Shown here: in pieces, positions 62,796 to 64,000 of the stretch
Position numbering within the stretch: the stretch's first letter is position 1
Layout: each line of letters starts with the position of its first letter
From: an uncultured virus (IMG/VR IMGVR_UViG_3300034378_000239)
Taxonomy: Duplodnaviria; Heunggongvirae; Uroviricota; Caudoviricetes
IMG/VR virus record: IMGVR_UViG_3300034378_000239
Strand: one strand, 5' to 3'
DNA length: 64,000 nt
Translations under genes and position numbers: made by a program
Notes under the pieces: model-generated
What the model was told of the DNA's origin: nothing
Seen by the model: the letters and a program-made list of their open reading frames with translations, nothing else
Databases searched by the model: none

Positions 62796-63710
62796 TTAGT
62801 CCCTCCTGAAATACGACCCGTGCCGGTCCAGCCACGTCTGGAGCGCGTGCTTACTCATCTCCGCGCTCTCGGCTGACACGCGGAAAATCGGCTCCGCGCG
62901 GGTCGCCTCCGACTGGAGGAACACCGAACATCGGAATCGAACCAGCGGGTCTGACGACTCGATGCGAGTGACCGTCAGCAACATGTCGTCGCCATCCTCG
63001 TATTCGAATCCACCCTGGCCGTCCTGGTGCCATTCGATGGGCTCTGGCGTGGCCACCTCTGCGGCAGGCACGAGCACCATTGGCGTCAGCGTGCCGTCGT
63101 CTTCGATGCGACAGATTTTATCAGTCCTCACAGCTCTCCTCCTGTTAACCGTTCGAGTCCGCAATGCCTTGGTTCGCCGGCCGCAGAACCTCTCATCGCC
63201 GCGTCGGTTGACGCGATAGGCTCGCTTGACGATTCCGGCATCCACAAGCGCGTCGCGGTCTAGGTCAGCACCGCAGCGCAGGGCATGAGCATCGTCGGCC
63301 GATAGCCCACGCGCGATCTCTGCGGGGTCGGGGGTGCGTGTCATCGGTCTAGTCCTCCTGTAGCTGCGCTCGCGGCGGGCGGCTTCGGCGACCGCCTCGT
63401 CCAGGGTCTCTGCGCCGAGCAACGTGGCGGAGCCCGGCTCTGAGCACCACTCGGAGTACGCATTGGGGTCGCCGCCGAGATCGCGCCGGCCGAGCTCGAG
63501 CGCCGAGCTGTCGGCGACGTGGTAGTACTCGCCGGTTTCGCCCGCGAGATAGACGACCCCGTCGGAGACGACGGCGGACTCGTGGCAACCCAGGATGCCG
63601 GCCGCGGCGTACCAAGCGGCCCGGTCGTCTCCGCTGAGGTCGTCCGGAACCTCGACGGTCCCGGTCCATCCGTGGCCTGTGTGATGCTGAGGTGTGGTCT
63701 TGCGTGTCAT
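62796..63710 (-). CDS. hypothetical protein, apparently several fused small-gene modules (internal start 63344)
   Basis: MTRKTT start; AGGAGGA RBS + MTRTPD in frame at 63344. Confidence 0.55.
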   Translation of the reverse strand: MTRKTTPQHHTGHGWTGTVEVPDDLSGDDRAAWYAAAGILGCHESAVVSDGVVYLAGETGEYYHVADSSALELGRRDLGGDPNAYSEWCSEPGSATLLGAETLDEAVAEAARRERSYRRTRPMTRTPDPAEIARGLSADDAHALRCGADLDRDALVDAGIVKRAYRVNRRGDERFCGRRTKALRTRTVNRRRAVRTDKICRIEDDGTLTPMVLVPAAEVATPEPIEWHQDGQGGFEYEDGDDMLLTVTRIESSDPLVRFRCSVFLQSEATRAEPIFRVSAESAEMSKHALQTWLDRHGSYFRRD

Positions 63711-64000
63711 GGTCCTGTTTTTCTTGGGAAGCGATCCTCGAGATGCGCCTCGAGCTTGCGCTCGAGCTCGCTGTCGAGGTCGTACGAGGCCCTGTGGATG
63801 GTCTCGAGGTCGATGCCCCAAAGCTCCTTTGCGCCCTCGGCGAGCAGGGTCGCGAAGTGGTCACCGTGGCGCTCACCAGCGGGTGCGGCGACGTGACACA
63901 GCTCGTGGAGCAAGAGTGCGAGCACGAGATGCCGGGGACACCGGCAGCCGAGTTCGAGGACGACGCGGAATCCGTTCGCCCGGCCGGAGCGGTAGGTCTC
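63707..64000 (-). CDS. HExxH metallopeptidase-like (SprT-like) protein, 5'-truncated by the window
   Basis: LLLHELCH......HGDHF. Confidence 0.65.
   Translation of the reverse strand, partial: ETYRSGRANGFRVVLELGCRCPRHLVLALLLHELCHVAAPAGERHGDHFATLLAEGAKELWGIDLETIHRASYDLDSELERKLEAHLEDRFPRKTGP

Noticed and set aside
1..64000. tRNA, rRNA, transposase, terminase, portal or tail genes
   Set aside because: None recognised by eye; tRNAscan-SE and HMM searches are needed to confirm absence.

Overview
GC-rich window that appears to be entirely viral (phage or prophage); I see no host housekeeping genes. Layout: (1) 1-17 kb, small accessory genes with two tyrosine recombinases, a beta-clamp-like protein, an XRE HTH, a Gp37/Gp68-family protein and several local duplications; (2) 17-20 kb, a PHP-domain/GT4 glycosyltransferase; (3) 20-28 kb, a minus-strand array of basic proteins rich in (R/K)xNP motifs; (4) 28-31 kb, membrane and lysis genes; (5) 31-45 kb, a nucleotide-sugar/glycosyltransferase/methyltransferase/sulfotransferase cluster; (6) 46-56 kb, a structural module with a Gly-rich fibre, membrane-anchored proteins, a LysM-like protein, a transglutaminase-like Cys-His-Asp protein and two beta-rich capsid candidates; (7) 58-61 kb, an iteron/AT-rich origin beside a primase-polymerase-helicase; (8) 61-64 kb, mosaic small genes. 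No terminase, portal, tail or packaging ATPase was recognised, so a large tailless membrane-containing virus is inferred but not proven. The strongest candidate for an undescribed system is the 23.8-27.8 kb array: unrelated cargo proteins share the C-terminal tag NP..RL(R/K)xLSKLTRV, encoded by a 26-bp junction that also supplies the RBS and start codon of the next gene. All family assignments come from motif recognition by eye, not database searches.
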